From Eubacteriales bacterium (GTDB taxonomy: Bacteria > Bacillota > Clostridia > Oscillospirales > CAG-382): DNA of 64,000 nt. Location of the stretch: contig JAZSFD010000048.1 in NCBI GenBank assembly GCA_045532035.1, positions 34,755 through 98,754 on the forward strand, read 5' to 3'. Positions 17,625 to 25,959 of this stretch are shown here, in pieces. The stretch's first letter is position 1. Every line of letters begins with the position of its first letter. Under the pieces are notes generated by a model, which saw nothing but the letters and a program-made list of their open reading frames with translations, made no database searches and was not told the origin of the DNA. A program made the position numbers and the translations under genes.

Positions 17625-18155
17625 ATGAGCATGGAGATTTATCTCACAAATCTTGGAAAGTATGTAGAAGGCTGTCTTGTCGGACAATGGGTTAAACTAC
17701 CTATTGATGAGGACAAGCTTAACGACATACTGGAAAGAATCGGTATTAACGAGGAATATGAGGAATTCTTTATCACGGACTACGAATCGTCCTTTGTGGG
17801 ACTTCGGGACATCTTAGGGGAGCATGAGAACATTGAAGCACTCAACGAGCTTGCGGAGATGTTAGAGTCTCTGTCTGACGATGACGAAGACAAGCTAAAC
17901 GCAATTCTCGAATGTGAAAGTTGCAGGGGAGTTTCCGACATCAAAGAGCTTGTTGAACGGCTTGACGAGTTTGACCTCATCACCGACATAAACGGCGATG
18001 ATGACCTTGGGCGATACTTGATTGATGAATGTTGCTGTCTTTCTGTCCCCGCACATTTGCAGAACTACATAGACTATGAAAGCTATGGCAGAGATGTACG
18101 CTTGGAAGCTAATATCACCTACACTTCTTACGGCTGTTTGTTTGATAATAGATAA
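17625..18155 (+). CDS. ardA: Antirestriction protein ArdA
   Basis: N-terminus IYLTNLGKYVEGCLVGQWVKLP...IGINEEYEEFFITDYE and a highly acidic body, as in Tn916 Orf18 / ArdA. The start is taken at the ATG 7 nt after AGAGGAG; the ORF track begins at 17619. Confidence 0.8.
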   Translation: MSMEIYLTNLGKYVEGCLVGQWVKLPIDEDKLNDILERIGINEEYEEFFITDYESSFVGLRDILGEHENIEALNELAEMLESLSDDDEDKLNAILECESCRGVSDIKELVERLDEFDLITDINGDDDLGRYLIDECCCLSVPAHLQNYIDYESYGRDVRLEANITYTSYGCLFDNR

Positions 18156-18159
18156 AAAA

Positions 18160-18173
18160 TCCGTCTAAACGGA
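18160..18173. repeat. 14-bp palindromic motif, reverse orientation TCCGTCTAAACGGA (copy 3 of 3)
   Basis: Embedded in an 8-bp stem AAATCCGT/ACGGATTT just after the ardA stop and 17 nt upstream of the xis-int promoter -35. Confidence 0.7.
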
Positions 18174-18190
18174 TTTGAAGTATTTACTTT

Positions 18191-18218
18191 TTGAAAAAAA
18201 TATGTTATTGTGTATATA
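18191..18218 (+). promoter_or_regulatory. Putative xis-int promoter
   Basis: TTGAAA, a 16-nt spacer, TATATA. The block TTTTTGAAAAAA(A)TATG...TATATAGAA(A)ACGA is repeated on the minus strand at about 15291-15330. Confidence 0.4.
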
Positions 18219-18273
18219 GAACGACACAGCGGGTGTCTTTCAAATAACTATAATTCTGAAAGGAGTTCTATAT

Positions 18274-18546
18274 ATGATAAATAACACAATTATAATGACA
18301 GACAACAGCGGAGAAGTTTCCGTTACAAAGGATATTAAGCTTTACACAGTACAAGAGGTTGCAGACATTCTTGGGGTGAATAAAACAGCGGTTTATGGTC
18401 TTATTAAAAGAGGAGAGCTTCCAGCGATAAAGCTTGGTACAACCCGAATAAGACATAACGCTCTTGTTTTATTCCTTGACAAGATTGAAAGTAATGGTTA
18501 CCCACAGCCAGAATGCAGAATTTCACAGACACTTAAAGGGGCGTAA
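18274..18546 (+). CDS. xis: Excisionase-family HTH DNA-binding protein
   Basis: 90 aa. YTVQEVADILGVNKTAVYGLIKRGELPAIKLG is the MerR-like excisionase HTH. It lies directly upstream of int. Confidence 0.8.
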   Translation: MINNTIIMTDNSGEVSVTKDIKLYTVQEVADILGVNKTAVYGLIKRGELPAIKLGTTRIRHNALVLFLDKIESNGYPQPECRISQTLKGA

Positions 18547-18549
18547 GCT

Positions 18550-20094
18550 ATGGCAAGAGAAGTTCATGTAGGTAAAGCTGCTATTACTAAGAATGGCGAG
18601 CCTACAAAGAAATTTACTTGGTATTATCGTTTTGAGCGAAAAGATGTTGCCCCCGATGGCAGACGTCAATTTACGAAGAAACGAGGATTCAGAACAAGAG
18701 ATGAGGCTCTTGAAGCAGGTCAGATTGCAATGGCTCTTGATTATGGTATCAGCACTCCTGCGGTAAATACTCCGCAGGAGACAAAGCCAGAGAACAAGTA
18801 TGCAAGTATGACATTTGAAGACTACATAATCAATGTATGGATTCCCAACAATCAAAGGTCTTGGAAATCTACTACGCTTGAGGGGTATAGGAAGAAACTA
18901 AAGAACCAAGCATTCAGCAAGTTCGGTAATACTCCTATATCAGCAATCACAGGGGAAATGCTAAGTAATTATTTTGATACGATTTACATTAACACATCTA
19001 CCGCAATAAGCTCTATTGACAATTTACGTTCTCTTTTATCACAGATATTTAAGTATGCCGTTCTTAACAGGCATATTGAATATAATCCGATGATAAGTGT
19101 TAAAAAGCCGAATTTTCGGGTTGAAACAAGCGTGCCGAAAGAAAAACAGGTACGAGATGCGATAAGCGAAGAAACCTTAACCGCAATATTTGAAAGATTC
19201 CCAGAGGGAAGTCCTGCTCATTTGCCACTGAAATTATGCTGTATAGCAGGGTTAAGAGTAAATGAGGCTTTAGGTCTTGCGTGGTCTGATATTGATTTTG
19301 AAAAGCACAGAATGTTCGTCAGACGACAGATAGTCAAGATTCAAAAAGAGCATGAGCTTACTCCAAGAGAAAAAGAGATGGTTGAGAAGCACCCCGAACT
19401 TGCTTCTTTTAGTATGACTTGTTCAAATCCGAAATATGATTCAAAACGAGTTATCCCTCTTTTTCCAGAGCTTGAAGAACTGTTGCTTCGTGAAAGGAAA
19501 CGTCAGATAGAGCAAAAGGCACTATTCGAGGAAAACGGTGTTGAATACAAGCAGTATTTCTATACAAAGGCAACTGCTCCGAGCTACACTCTTGACTATG
19601 AGGAGTTCATACGTTTAAAAGAACGCATGGATTTTGAAGATGGAATTGTAAATACGAAAGGCATAGGCTATTCTATTGACTTTGTATGCAGACGAGATGA
19701 TGGAGAGCTTGCTACAATACACACAGCAAACCATGTGTCCCGTGTTGTACATGGCAAAGAAAAAGAGCCTGCTATTTCCGAAACATTCAACATTCATTCT
19801 CTTAGACATACTTTTGCATCAAGGCTCAGAGCAAGTGAATTTAACGGAAGCGAACACTTGATACAAGAGTTCATGGGGCATAAGTCCGAAAGAGAAACAA
19901 AAGACTATATGCACATATCGGAAAGTGAGTTTGCTTCTGCTACTGCCAGAATAGGCACAAGTAAATCAAAGGTAGATACCGTACTTGAATTTATCCGACT
20001 TCAAGGATTAAATGCTTCAGATATTTCGGAGTTGAGCTTGCGTTTGAGTACGCTCAATTCCGAGAGTTCTCAACTTAATACCGAGCAAAACTAA
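18550..20094 (+). CDS. int: Tyrosine-type site-specific integrase with N-terminal arm-binding domain
   Basis: 514 aa. Arg-I in AGLRVNEALGL, H-x-x-R in HSLRHTFASRL, and His/Tyr in GHKSERETKDYMH. The N-terminal YYRFERKD...KKRGFRTRDEA resembles AP2-like arm-binding domains. Confidence 0.9.
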   Translation: MAREVHVGKAAITKNGEPTKKFTWYYRFERKDVAPDGRRQFTKKRGFRTRDEALEAGQIAMALDYGISTPAVNTPQETKPENKYASMTFEDYIINVWIPNNQRSWKSTTLEGYRKKLKNQAFSKFGNTPISAITGEMLSNYFDTIYINTSTAISSIDNLRSLLSQIFKYAVLNRHIEYNPMISVKKPNFRVETSVPKEKQVRDAISEETLTAIFERFPEGSPAHLPLKLCCIAGLRVNEALGLAWSDIDFEKHRMFVRRQIVKIQKEHELTPREKEMVEKHPELASFSMTCSNPKYDSKRVIPLFPELEELLLRERKRQIEQKALFEENGVEYKQYFYTKATAPSYTLDYEEFIRLKERMDFEDGIVNTKGIGYSIDFVCRRDDGELATIHTANHVSRVVHGKEKEPAISETFNIHSLRHTFASRLRASEFNGSEHLIQEFMGHKSERETKDYMHISESEFASATARIGTSKSKVDTVLEFIRLQGLNASDISELSLRLSTLNSESSQLNTEQN

Positions 20095-20128
20095 AACCTC
20101 TTTGGAATGTTATCCAGAGAGGTTTTGT
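20095..20128. terminator. Bidirectional terminator between int and cargo module B
   Basis: AACCTCT..TGGA-loop-TCCA..AGAGGTT followed by TTGTT. Confidence 0.5.
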
Positions 20129-20136
20129 TATGTGTA

Positions 20137-20667
20137 TTATTGGAGTTTTGGTTGGTTATTATTTTGAAGCTCTTTTATAGACTCTTCCAAATTTTGTATT
20201 CTCCACTCTAAATTGTTATTTGTGACAGCAAAAGACGATTTCATTTCAGTTTTAATCTGTTCCAGTTGGAGTTCGAGTAATTCTTTATCTACACAATTAC
20301 TGTCAATGCTTTCTATCTGCTTTTCCATATATTCAACACGCTGCTCTAACAGTGCGGAATCTCTCCATAAGAACAGTGTTGCTGTTCCAATCGCTACAAT
20401 TATTGAGCAAATGACAGTAGTTAGAACATTTTGTCTAATCCAATCGATTATTCTAAAACGAAGAGATTTAGGCTTGATTTTGCTTTTATTATCAATACTA
20501 TCATTTTCTTCTTCGATTGAATCAGCAGTACCCTGTAAGTATTTGTTAGGATTGGGATAAGTATCATCTATATGAGGGGTGGGTGATGATAAGAAATTTC
20601 TATACCCAGAATACTGTGCTTGGTTTTTCCTTTTCAGTTTACTTAAGTTAGAATTTCTTTTTGCCAT
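20137..20667 (-). CDS. Single-pass membrane protein with C-terminal coiled coil (cargo module B, gene 2)
   Basis: 176 aa with a polar, basic N-terminus, one TM helix (VLTTVICSIIVAIGTATLFLW) and a heptad-rich tail (LEQRVEYMEKQIESI...LELQLEQIKTEM...IQNLEESIKELQ). It overlaps the upstream gene by 20 nt. Confidence 0.5.
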   Translation of the reverse strand: MAKRNSNLSKLKRKNQAQYSGYRNFLSSPTPHIDDTYPNPNKYLQGTADSIEEENDSIDNKSKIKPKSLRFRIIDWIRQNVLTTVICSIIVAIGTATLFLWRDSALLEQRVEYMEKQIESIDSNCVDKELLELQLEQIKTEMKSSFAVTNNNLEWRIQNLEESIKELQNNNQPKLQ

Positions 20668-21337
20668 TTTGAACCCCGTTAATCACATTTAAAATATCCG
20701 AATTATAATTGTCATTAGCATTAGTAATAAACTTATCTATGCAATCCCTAACATCTGCACGAACGGGAATATAATGGGCTTGATAATCATACAAAATCCC
20801 ACGTGTATTTTCGTCCATATTCCTTACAGTATATATTTTGTTTATAAAATCCGAGTTTTCTGCAAATAAACTACCTTTAACTGTTCCCTCTTTTTTTGCA
20901 AATCGAAAATCCATTATATCTCCAACGGTTGGGTTAAAATATTGAGAAGAAAACTTTTTAATCTCTTGTTCTGTGAGTGTTGTATCATACACAATTCCCA
21001 AACGCCTTACTACTAATTCGTATTTTGAGATAATCTGAGGGATTATTTGTTTTGAAATCCGTTTTATAAACATTTTGTATTCGTCATTGTAGTTTGAATC
21101 AATAGTTTGAGAGAAAATAAGATTGTTAGATGATAATGTTAATGAATGATTGAATTGTGGATTATACAACTTTCTTTCAGTTGTGTAGTTGGGAGAAATA
21201 TTAGTAAAAAACTCTGCACCCAATAGGGTGTCTTTTCCATACAGAATGTCATCAGCTATCTCTCCCCAATAATCAAGGATTTTAAAACTTCTGTTAAACA
21301 ATACGCCAAATGTCAGCTGTTTTATACTATCGCTCAT
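20648..21337 (-). CDS. Hypothetical soluble protein (cargo module B, gene 1)
   Basis: 229 aa with no motif I can name. It is likely translationally coupled to 20137..20667. Confidence 0.45.
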   Translation of the reverse strand: MSDSIKQLTFGVLFNRSFKILDYWGEIADDILYGKDTLLGAEFFTNISPNYTTERKLYNPQFNHSLTLSSNNLIFSQTIDSNYNDEYKMFIKRISKQIIPQIISKYELVVRRLGIVYDTTLTEQEIKKFSSQYFNPTVGDIMDFRFAKKEGTVKGSLFAENSDFINKIYTVRNMDENTRGILYDYQAHYIPVRADVRDCIDKFITNANDNYNSDILNVINGVQNGKKKF

Positions 21338-21429
21338 TTTTACACCGCCAATAATTATTACATTTTCATGCTAATTATATCACTTTTTCATTGTTATTGC
21401 AACAATATACCGCATTATTTTATGTTTTT

Positions 21430-21591
21430 TTACAAAACGTCTGCACGAGACAAGATTTTAAGTATTTCCAACATTTCTAATGTAAGGTTTAATTCACCAT
21501 TCTTGTCAAAAACTATGAGACCTTTGTTTATTAGTCGTTGTACCAAGTGTTTATAGTCTTCTGGGATATCTTCTATGTTTTTGTATTTCAT
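21430..21591 (-). CDS. Small hypothetical protein (53 aa)
   Basis: Trimmed to the ATG at 21591 after GAGGTG. Sequence MKYKNIEDIPEDYKHLVQRLINKGLIVFDKNGELNLTLEMLEILKILSRADVL. Confidence 0.4.
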   Translation of the reverse strand: MKYKNIEDIPEDYKHLVQRLINKGLIVFDKNGELNLTLEMLEILKILSRADVL

Positions 21592-21672
21592 ACCACTCAC
21601 CTCATGATGTTTTCTTATATAACACAATATGTAAGTATTGTTTCCAAAATTCTTTTTTATATAATAAGCAAA

Positions 21673-21690
21673 TGGTCACATTTGGTCACA
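21673..21690. repeat. TGGTCACATTTGGTCACA, putative integrase arm-type site (right)
   Basis: Identical to 11142-11159. It lies 103 bp inside the attR core. Confidence 0.6.
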
Positions 21691-21793
21691 CGAAAAAATT
21701 ACACCTGATACTAACAGGGTAAAATAACATCAAATAATCCCGTTTTCACCGTAAAATCACGCCAAAATACGCATATAATAGCGGTAAATCGAG

Positions 21794-21829
21794 GGGTAAC
21801 AACCCCATGGTTGGTGCTACAGTTGCTGT
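21794..21829. repeat. attR core (36-bp perfect direct repeat)
   Basis: Identical to 11002..11037. Confidence 0.85.
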
Positions 21830-21860
21830 TGCGGTTGCTGTTGAAGAAAGCGCGAAGTAA
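21794..21860 (+). pseudogene. Orphaned original 3' end of the GGGtGRT gene
   Basis: In frame it reads GNNPMVGATVAVAVAVEESAK-stop, against ...EEASK-stop in the intact gene. There is no upstream coding continuation. Confidence 0.8.
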
Positions 21861-21880
21861 TTCATATTTAACAGCAGAAA

Positions 21881-21914
21881 ACTCCGTGTTTCAAGACGAA
21901 ACACGGAGTTTTTG
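21881..21914 (+). terminator. Original terminator of the GGGtGRT gene
   Basis: 12-bp stem ACTCCGTGTTTC / GAAACACGGAGT followed by TTTTTG. Confidence 0.8.
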
Positions 21915-22100
21915 TTTGTAAACAACCGAAAAAGCGCTTGACTCCTGCATATGGATAATGTATAATATGTGCAAGGACACCTCCGAACGGTTGATCAACA
22001 CTCGGATATGTTCGTCGTTTGTCAGAAAAGCCGCATTCATTTCTTTCTGTATGTGGAAATGATTGGATTAGTTAATCAAAAAATATACGGAGGTAAGACT

Positions 22101-22526
22101 ATGAAAAAACTTTTATGGTTATTAACTGCTATTATAATATGTGTTTCGTTGGTGTCTTGCGACGAACAATCACCTGCGGAAGATAATTTAACTAATGAAG
22201 ATAATACAACAGTTGACCAAAACCAACCCGCAGAAGATGCCGCTGAGATCGAAATCAAAATTGATTTTGTTGCAGAACAGCTTGGTTTGACCGACGAATC
22301 GGAAGTTTTGTACGGCTTGATAGGTGCTGTTGCGGGAAAACAGTACAGCAACGGAAACATTGAGCTTTATCAGTTTGATGAAAACAGCCAAGCCTATAAA
22401 GATCTTATCGGCAGAAAAACTTATTTAATTCCCGCTGCATACAAGAACGGAGTTGTTCTCATATTCGCTTTGGGTGTAGAAACAGATACTGATCTTGTTG
22501 ATGCGTTTAATGCGTTGGAATTTTAA
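22101..22526 (+). CDS. Secreted lipoprotein, function unknown
   Basis: Trimmed to the ATG at 22101 after GGAGGT. Signal peptide with lipobox LVSC. Confidence 0.5.
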   Translation: MKKLLWLLTAIIICVSLVSCDEQSPAEDNLTNEDNTTVDQNQPAEDAAEIEIKIDFVAEQLGLTDESEVLYGLIGAVAGKQYSNGNIELYQFDENSQAYKDLIGRKTYLIPAAYKNGVVLIFALGVETDTDLVDAFNALEF

Positions 22527-22563
22527 TCCGAATTTATTGTTGAATTTTAAGCCTTAAACAAAA

Positions 22564-22598
22564 AGATTTCCGATCAAAACCCGTCGGAAATCTTTTTT
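22564..22598 (+). terminator. Rho-independent terminator
   Basis: AGATTTCCGA / TCGGAAATCT followed by a T-run. Confidence 0.7.
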
Positions 22599-22707
22599 CT
22601 TGACTTATTTATTTGCTCAAAGCATACTAATAAAGACCAATAGAGCAGTCGAACTCTTTTTCAAATGCCGAGATAAACCCTTATAAAAAAGCTTTGATCC
22701 GTTGCCA

Positions 22708-24003
22708 TCAGACTTTCTTTTTTGCAATAATGAGAATATCTTCATTGCAGACGGTTTTTGTGATCGTAGTCTCTCCGTTTTCAACGGAAACTTGGGGCGT
22801 GATTATTCTTTTGTTTGCAAGGCAAACAACTTTTATGTCAAAACCCGAAAGATCTTCGCAGAAGGTGAAATCGTCGTTATACGGGAGATATGCCACTCTC
22901 AGACCGTCTTTTTTTGCCCAGCAAAGCTTTTCGGATCTCGCTTTGTAGCCACCTGAGCAGGGGACAATATCGGTCATATCAAAATTCTCAAAAAGCCATT
23001 TTGAATATCCGGCATCCCACGCACCCTCAAAATGCAGCGCATCAAAGCGCGAATAAGGCATGCTGGCAAAAACTGCATTGTTGTATTTTTCACCGTGTCG
23101 GTGCATCTGCCAAACTCCATGCGCACCATAGCTTATACCAAGGGTTGCGCCCGAAAGAATACTTTGCCAGAACGCTTTTCTTACGTGAAAGGCTCCGAAA
23201 CGGCCGTATTCGAAAGCAAACGAAAGACCTTCGTAGCAGGGCTCGGTGTTCATCACAGGCTTTTTGTGGGGATTTTCAAGAAACATTTTCGAAAAACGGA
23301 GCATATTTTCCTGCCCGATCGAGGGATCGGCAAGATTGTTGTTGTGACCCGATTGGTATGCATAAAAATGATACTGCGGATGAGCGCACAATTCTTCGGG
23401 AGGGATAGCATCCGGACCGATATGCAATGTGGTAAGACCTTCCGGATCGAGTTCATAGAGAACATCGAGAACTGTTTTGTAATATTTTACCACAAGATCG
23501 GTTTCAAAATATGTGTCGCCCGAAACAGAATAGATCGGCTCATACTTTTTGAATCTGTTTATCATATATTTTGCAATGGGTTCAACACATTCATAGGGCA
23601 TTACCGTATCGGGGCTTGATTTTTCGCCCCAGGTATCGGGAATATAATTCACCCAGAACAAATGAAGAAACGGAATAAGACCATATTCTTTCATTATAGA
23701 CAGCATTTTTTCGGCTCTGTCAAAATATTCTTCGTTGATATTGTAAAAATCGTATTTGCCGTTCTTCAGGTGAAAAGGGTGCATATCCTTTTCGCCGGGG
23801 CTGTTATCGTGGGTACACGGCAACACAATGAATTGAATGGTGTTGAAACCCTGTTGAGAGCGGCGGATAACAAATTCTTTGAAATCTTCGGGGTCGAGCT
23901 TTTGAAAAGCGGCCCATTCTGTGTCGGATAAAAGGAAAATCGTTTTTGAATCCAATTCAAAATGAGTTTTGTTTTCGGATAATTTAAGTCTGCTCAAATT
24001 CAT
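22708..24003 (-). CDS. Glycoside hydrolase, DUF4038 / GH140-like
   Basis: 431 aa. LLSDTEWAAF...GFNTIQFIVLP...VSGDT...NTEPCYEG...VRKAFWQSILSGA..G.SYGAHGVW matches my recollection of the DUF4038 catalytic-domain pattern. Confidence 0.6.
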   Translation of the reverse strand: MNLSRLKLSENKTHFELDSKTIFLLSDTEWAAFQKLDPEDFKEFVIRRSQQGFNTIQFIVLPCTHDNSPGEKDMHPFHLKNGKYDFYNINEEYFDRAEKMLSIMKEYGLIPFLHLFWVNYIPDTWGEKSSPDTVMPYECVEPIAKYMINRFKKYEPIYSVSGDTYFETDLVVKYYKTVLDVLYELDPEGLTTLHIGPDAIPPEELCAHPQYHFYAYQSGHNNNLADPSIGQENMLRFSKMFLENPHKKPVMNTEPCYEGLSFAFEYGRFGAFHVRKAFWQSILSGATLGISYGAHGVWQMHRHGEKYNNAVFASMPYSRFDALHFEGAWDAGYSKWLFENFDMTDIVPCSGGYKARSEKLCWAKKDGLRVAYLPYNDDFTFCEDLSGFDIKVVCLANKRIITPQVSVENGETTITKTVCNEDILIIAKKKV

Positions 24004-24154
24004 TCAGCTCCTTGCACTTTTTGTTTATTCGATTATAAATCATTTTGCGCGGTTTGTCAATTGTATCAAAAAAGCCCTTTGCCGCGAGCTGCTGTTGACA
24101 ATCCGACCTTTGAAGTTTATAATATAGTCGAAAAAATGATCGGAGGAAAACGCA

Positions 24155-24957
24155 GTGAGATTTGGAATTGCAGGCTTTTTGCCCGGACACGAAAGACGGA
24201 TAGAAATGGCACAAAGTATAGGTTATGAGTTTGTGGAAACCTGCCTTTTTGCCTTGCACGATGATTTTTCGCAGGAAAGCATCGAAAGAATGGCAGAACA
24301 TCTGAAAAAGATCGGTATGCCCTGTGTTGCCGTCAACGGAATGTTCCCGAAACGCATAAACCTTCTCGGAAGTGCTGCCGACAAAAGCGAAATTTCCGAA
24401 TATCTTCATTCGGCCTTCGAAAAAACAAAGTGTCTTGATTATGATATCTGCGTTCTCGGCAGCGGAAATCAAGAAAAGTTCCCGAGGGTTATCCTCTCGA
24501 CAGGGCTTTTGATGAGTTTTCCGCGCTTTTGTCCGATACGATAATACCTGTTGCCGAAAAATACGGCAAGAAAATAGTCATCGAGCCTTTGAGCTATTAT
24601 ATCACCAATGTCATCAACACCTTTGAGGATGCAGTGCGGATCGTGTCGGCAGTCGGACACCCGTCACTTTCGGCACTTATGGACTTTTTTCATCTGAGCT
24701 ATAACAAAGAACGCTTTGAAAGCTATGAAAGCTGCGGCAAATTCCTCAGCCATGTCCACATTTCAAGCTTTTCGAACAGCTTCGCTTTTCCGCGTCCCTT
24801 TGACGGCGACGATTATCGGGCTTTCATCTCATTTCTGCGAAGAGCAGGTTATGAGTCGAAAAATATCTCTGTCGAGGCAAAAGACATTGATTTTGATAAT
24901 GATGCCGAATTCAAAAACACCTTGTCGTCATCGCTTGAATATATGAGAAAAATGTAA
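24155..24957 (+). pseudogene. Sugar phosphate isomerase/epimerase (xylose-isomerase-like TIM barrel), frameshifted
   Basis: ORFs 24155..24544 and 24529..24957 are two halves of one protein. The second frame is open from 24445 and reads ...RKVPEGYPLDRAFDEFSALLSDTIIPVAEKYG. The shift is probably at or near the A-run at 24474-24477. Confidence 0.6.
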
Positions 24958-24987
24958 GCTGAAGGCAGCACTTTCTCAACATTGAAA

Positions 24988-25020
24988 CATCCCCCATTTC
25001 CGAGAAGGAAATGGGGGATG
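24988..25020. terminator. Bidirectional terminator between convergent genes
   Basis: 14-bp perfect stem CATCCCCCATTTCC / GGAAATGGGGGATG. Confidence 0.8.
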
Positions 25021-25040
25021 CAATATTTTGAACCGGTTTT

Positions 25041-25940
25041 TTATTTCACCACATAGTTTTCTCTTCTTGCAAGCTCCTTGCCCTGGTCGGAGATGATCCA
25101 GTTATAAAGAATTCTTTCGGGAGAATCCTGTGCCGCGTCTTTTCTTATAACCACATAAAAATCGTTGACATAAGGATATTCGCCCGACGCTATCGATTCA
25201 TTGGACGGGTCGATGCCGTCAACGGCAAGTATCTTGCTGCGGTTGAGCTTTTCGCCCTCCATGTTGGAAAGATAGTAATAAACCGTGTAACCGAGAGCAT
25301 CTGCCGAATTGTCATAGTCAGCCACAGCCTCCAGAAGTCCGATCATCGAACCGATGCGGGTCTCCTCGGGTGCCTCCATGAGCTTATCTCCGAGAGGAAT
25401 GAGCTTGTCAAAAAGAGTCTGGCTTCCGCTGTCCTTATTGCGCTGATAAGGGATGATGGGATGATCTTCGCCGCCAACCTCTGACCAGCTTTTGAGCTCT
25501 CCCATATATATTTTTTCTATCTGCTCCCTGGTAAGGCTTTCAACGCCGTTTTCAAGACTTGCGATAAATACAAGAGCGTCGGCGCCGATGGCGGTCATCT
25601 CAAGCTCCACTCCCTTTTCCTCGCAGTAAGCAACAGCCTCCTCCGACATTTCATAGGCAAGAAGAATGTCAAAGGTTCCGTCGACAAGCGCCACATAATT
25701 ATCGGTGGTCGAGCCTTCAAATTTTATCATTGAAGAGGCAGTTTCGCGGTCAATTCCGAGAACTGTCGAGGTGATGGCTTCGCCAAGGGGAAGATTTGCA
25801 AGGCTTCCTCCCATTTTCGGATAGTTTTCTGTGGTGAAAACGTAGCTTTCACCCACATCGTTTGCGGTCTTGCCTGTGCAAGCAACAAAAGACATAAGGG
25901 TCATCAGGCAAACAAGTGCGATACAAATTGATCTTTTCAT
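25041..25940 (-). CDS. PstS-like periplasmic-binding-protein family lipoprotein
   Basis: Trimmed to the ATG at 25940 (MKRSICIALVCLMTLMSFVAC lipobox). The body resembles phosphate-type PBP domains (DSGSQTLF). Confidence 0.5.
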   Translation of the reverse strand: MKRSICIALVCLMTLMSFVACTGKTANDVGESYVFTTENYPKMGGSLANLPLGEAITSTVLGIDRETASSMIKFEGSTTDNYVALVDGTFDILLAYEMSEEAVAYCEEKGVELEMTAIGADALVFIASLENGVESLTREQIEKIYMGELKSWSEVGGEDHPIIPYQRNKDSGSQTLFDKLIPLGDKLMEAPEETRIGSMIGLLEAVADYDNSADALGYTVYYYLSNMEGEKLNRSKILAVDGIDPSNESIASGEYPYVNDFYVVIRKDAAQDSPERILYNWIISDQGKELARRENYVVK

Positions 25941-25959
25941 AACATTCTTCCTTTCTTGT

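Larger units (their letters stand above)
11002..21829. mobile_element. Integrative (probably mobilizable) element, about 10.8 kb, inserted in the 3' end of the GGGtGRT gene
   Basis: It is bounded by a perfect 36-bp direct repeat and has a duplicated gene terminus. It encodes Xis, a tyrosine integrase and ArdA. By eye it is markedly more AT-rich than both flanks, with different codon usage. Confidence 0.85.
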
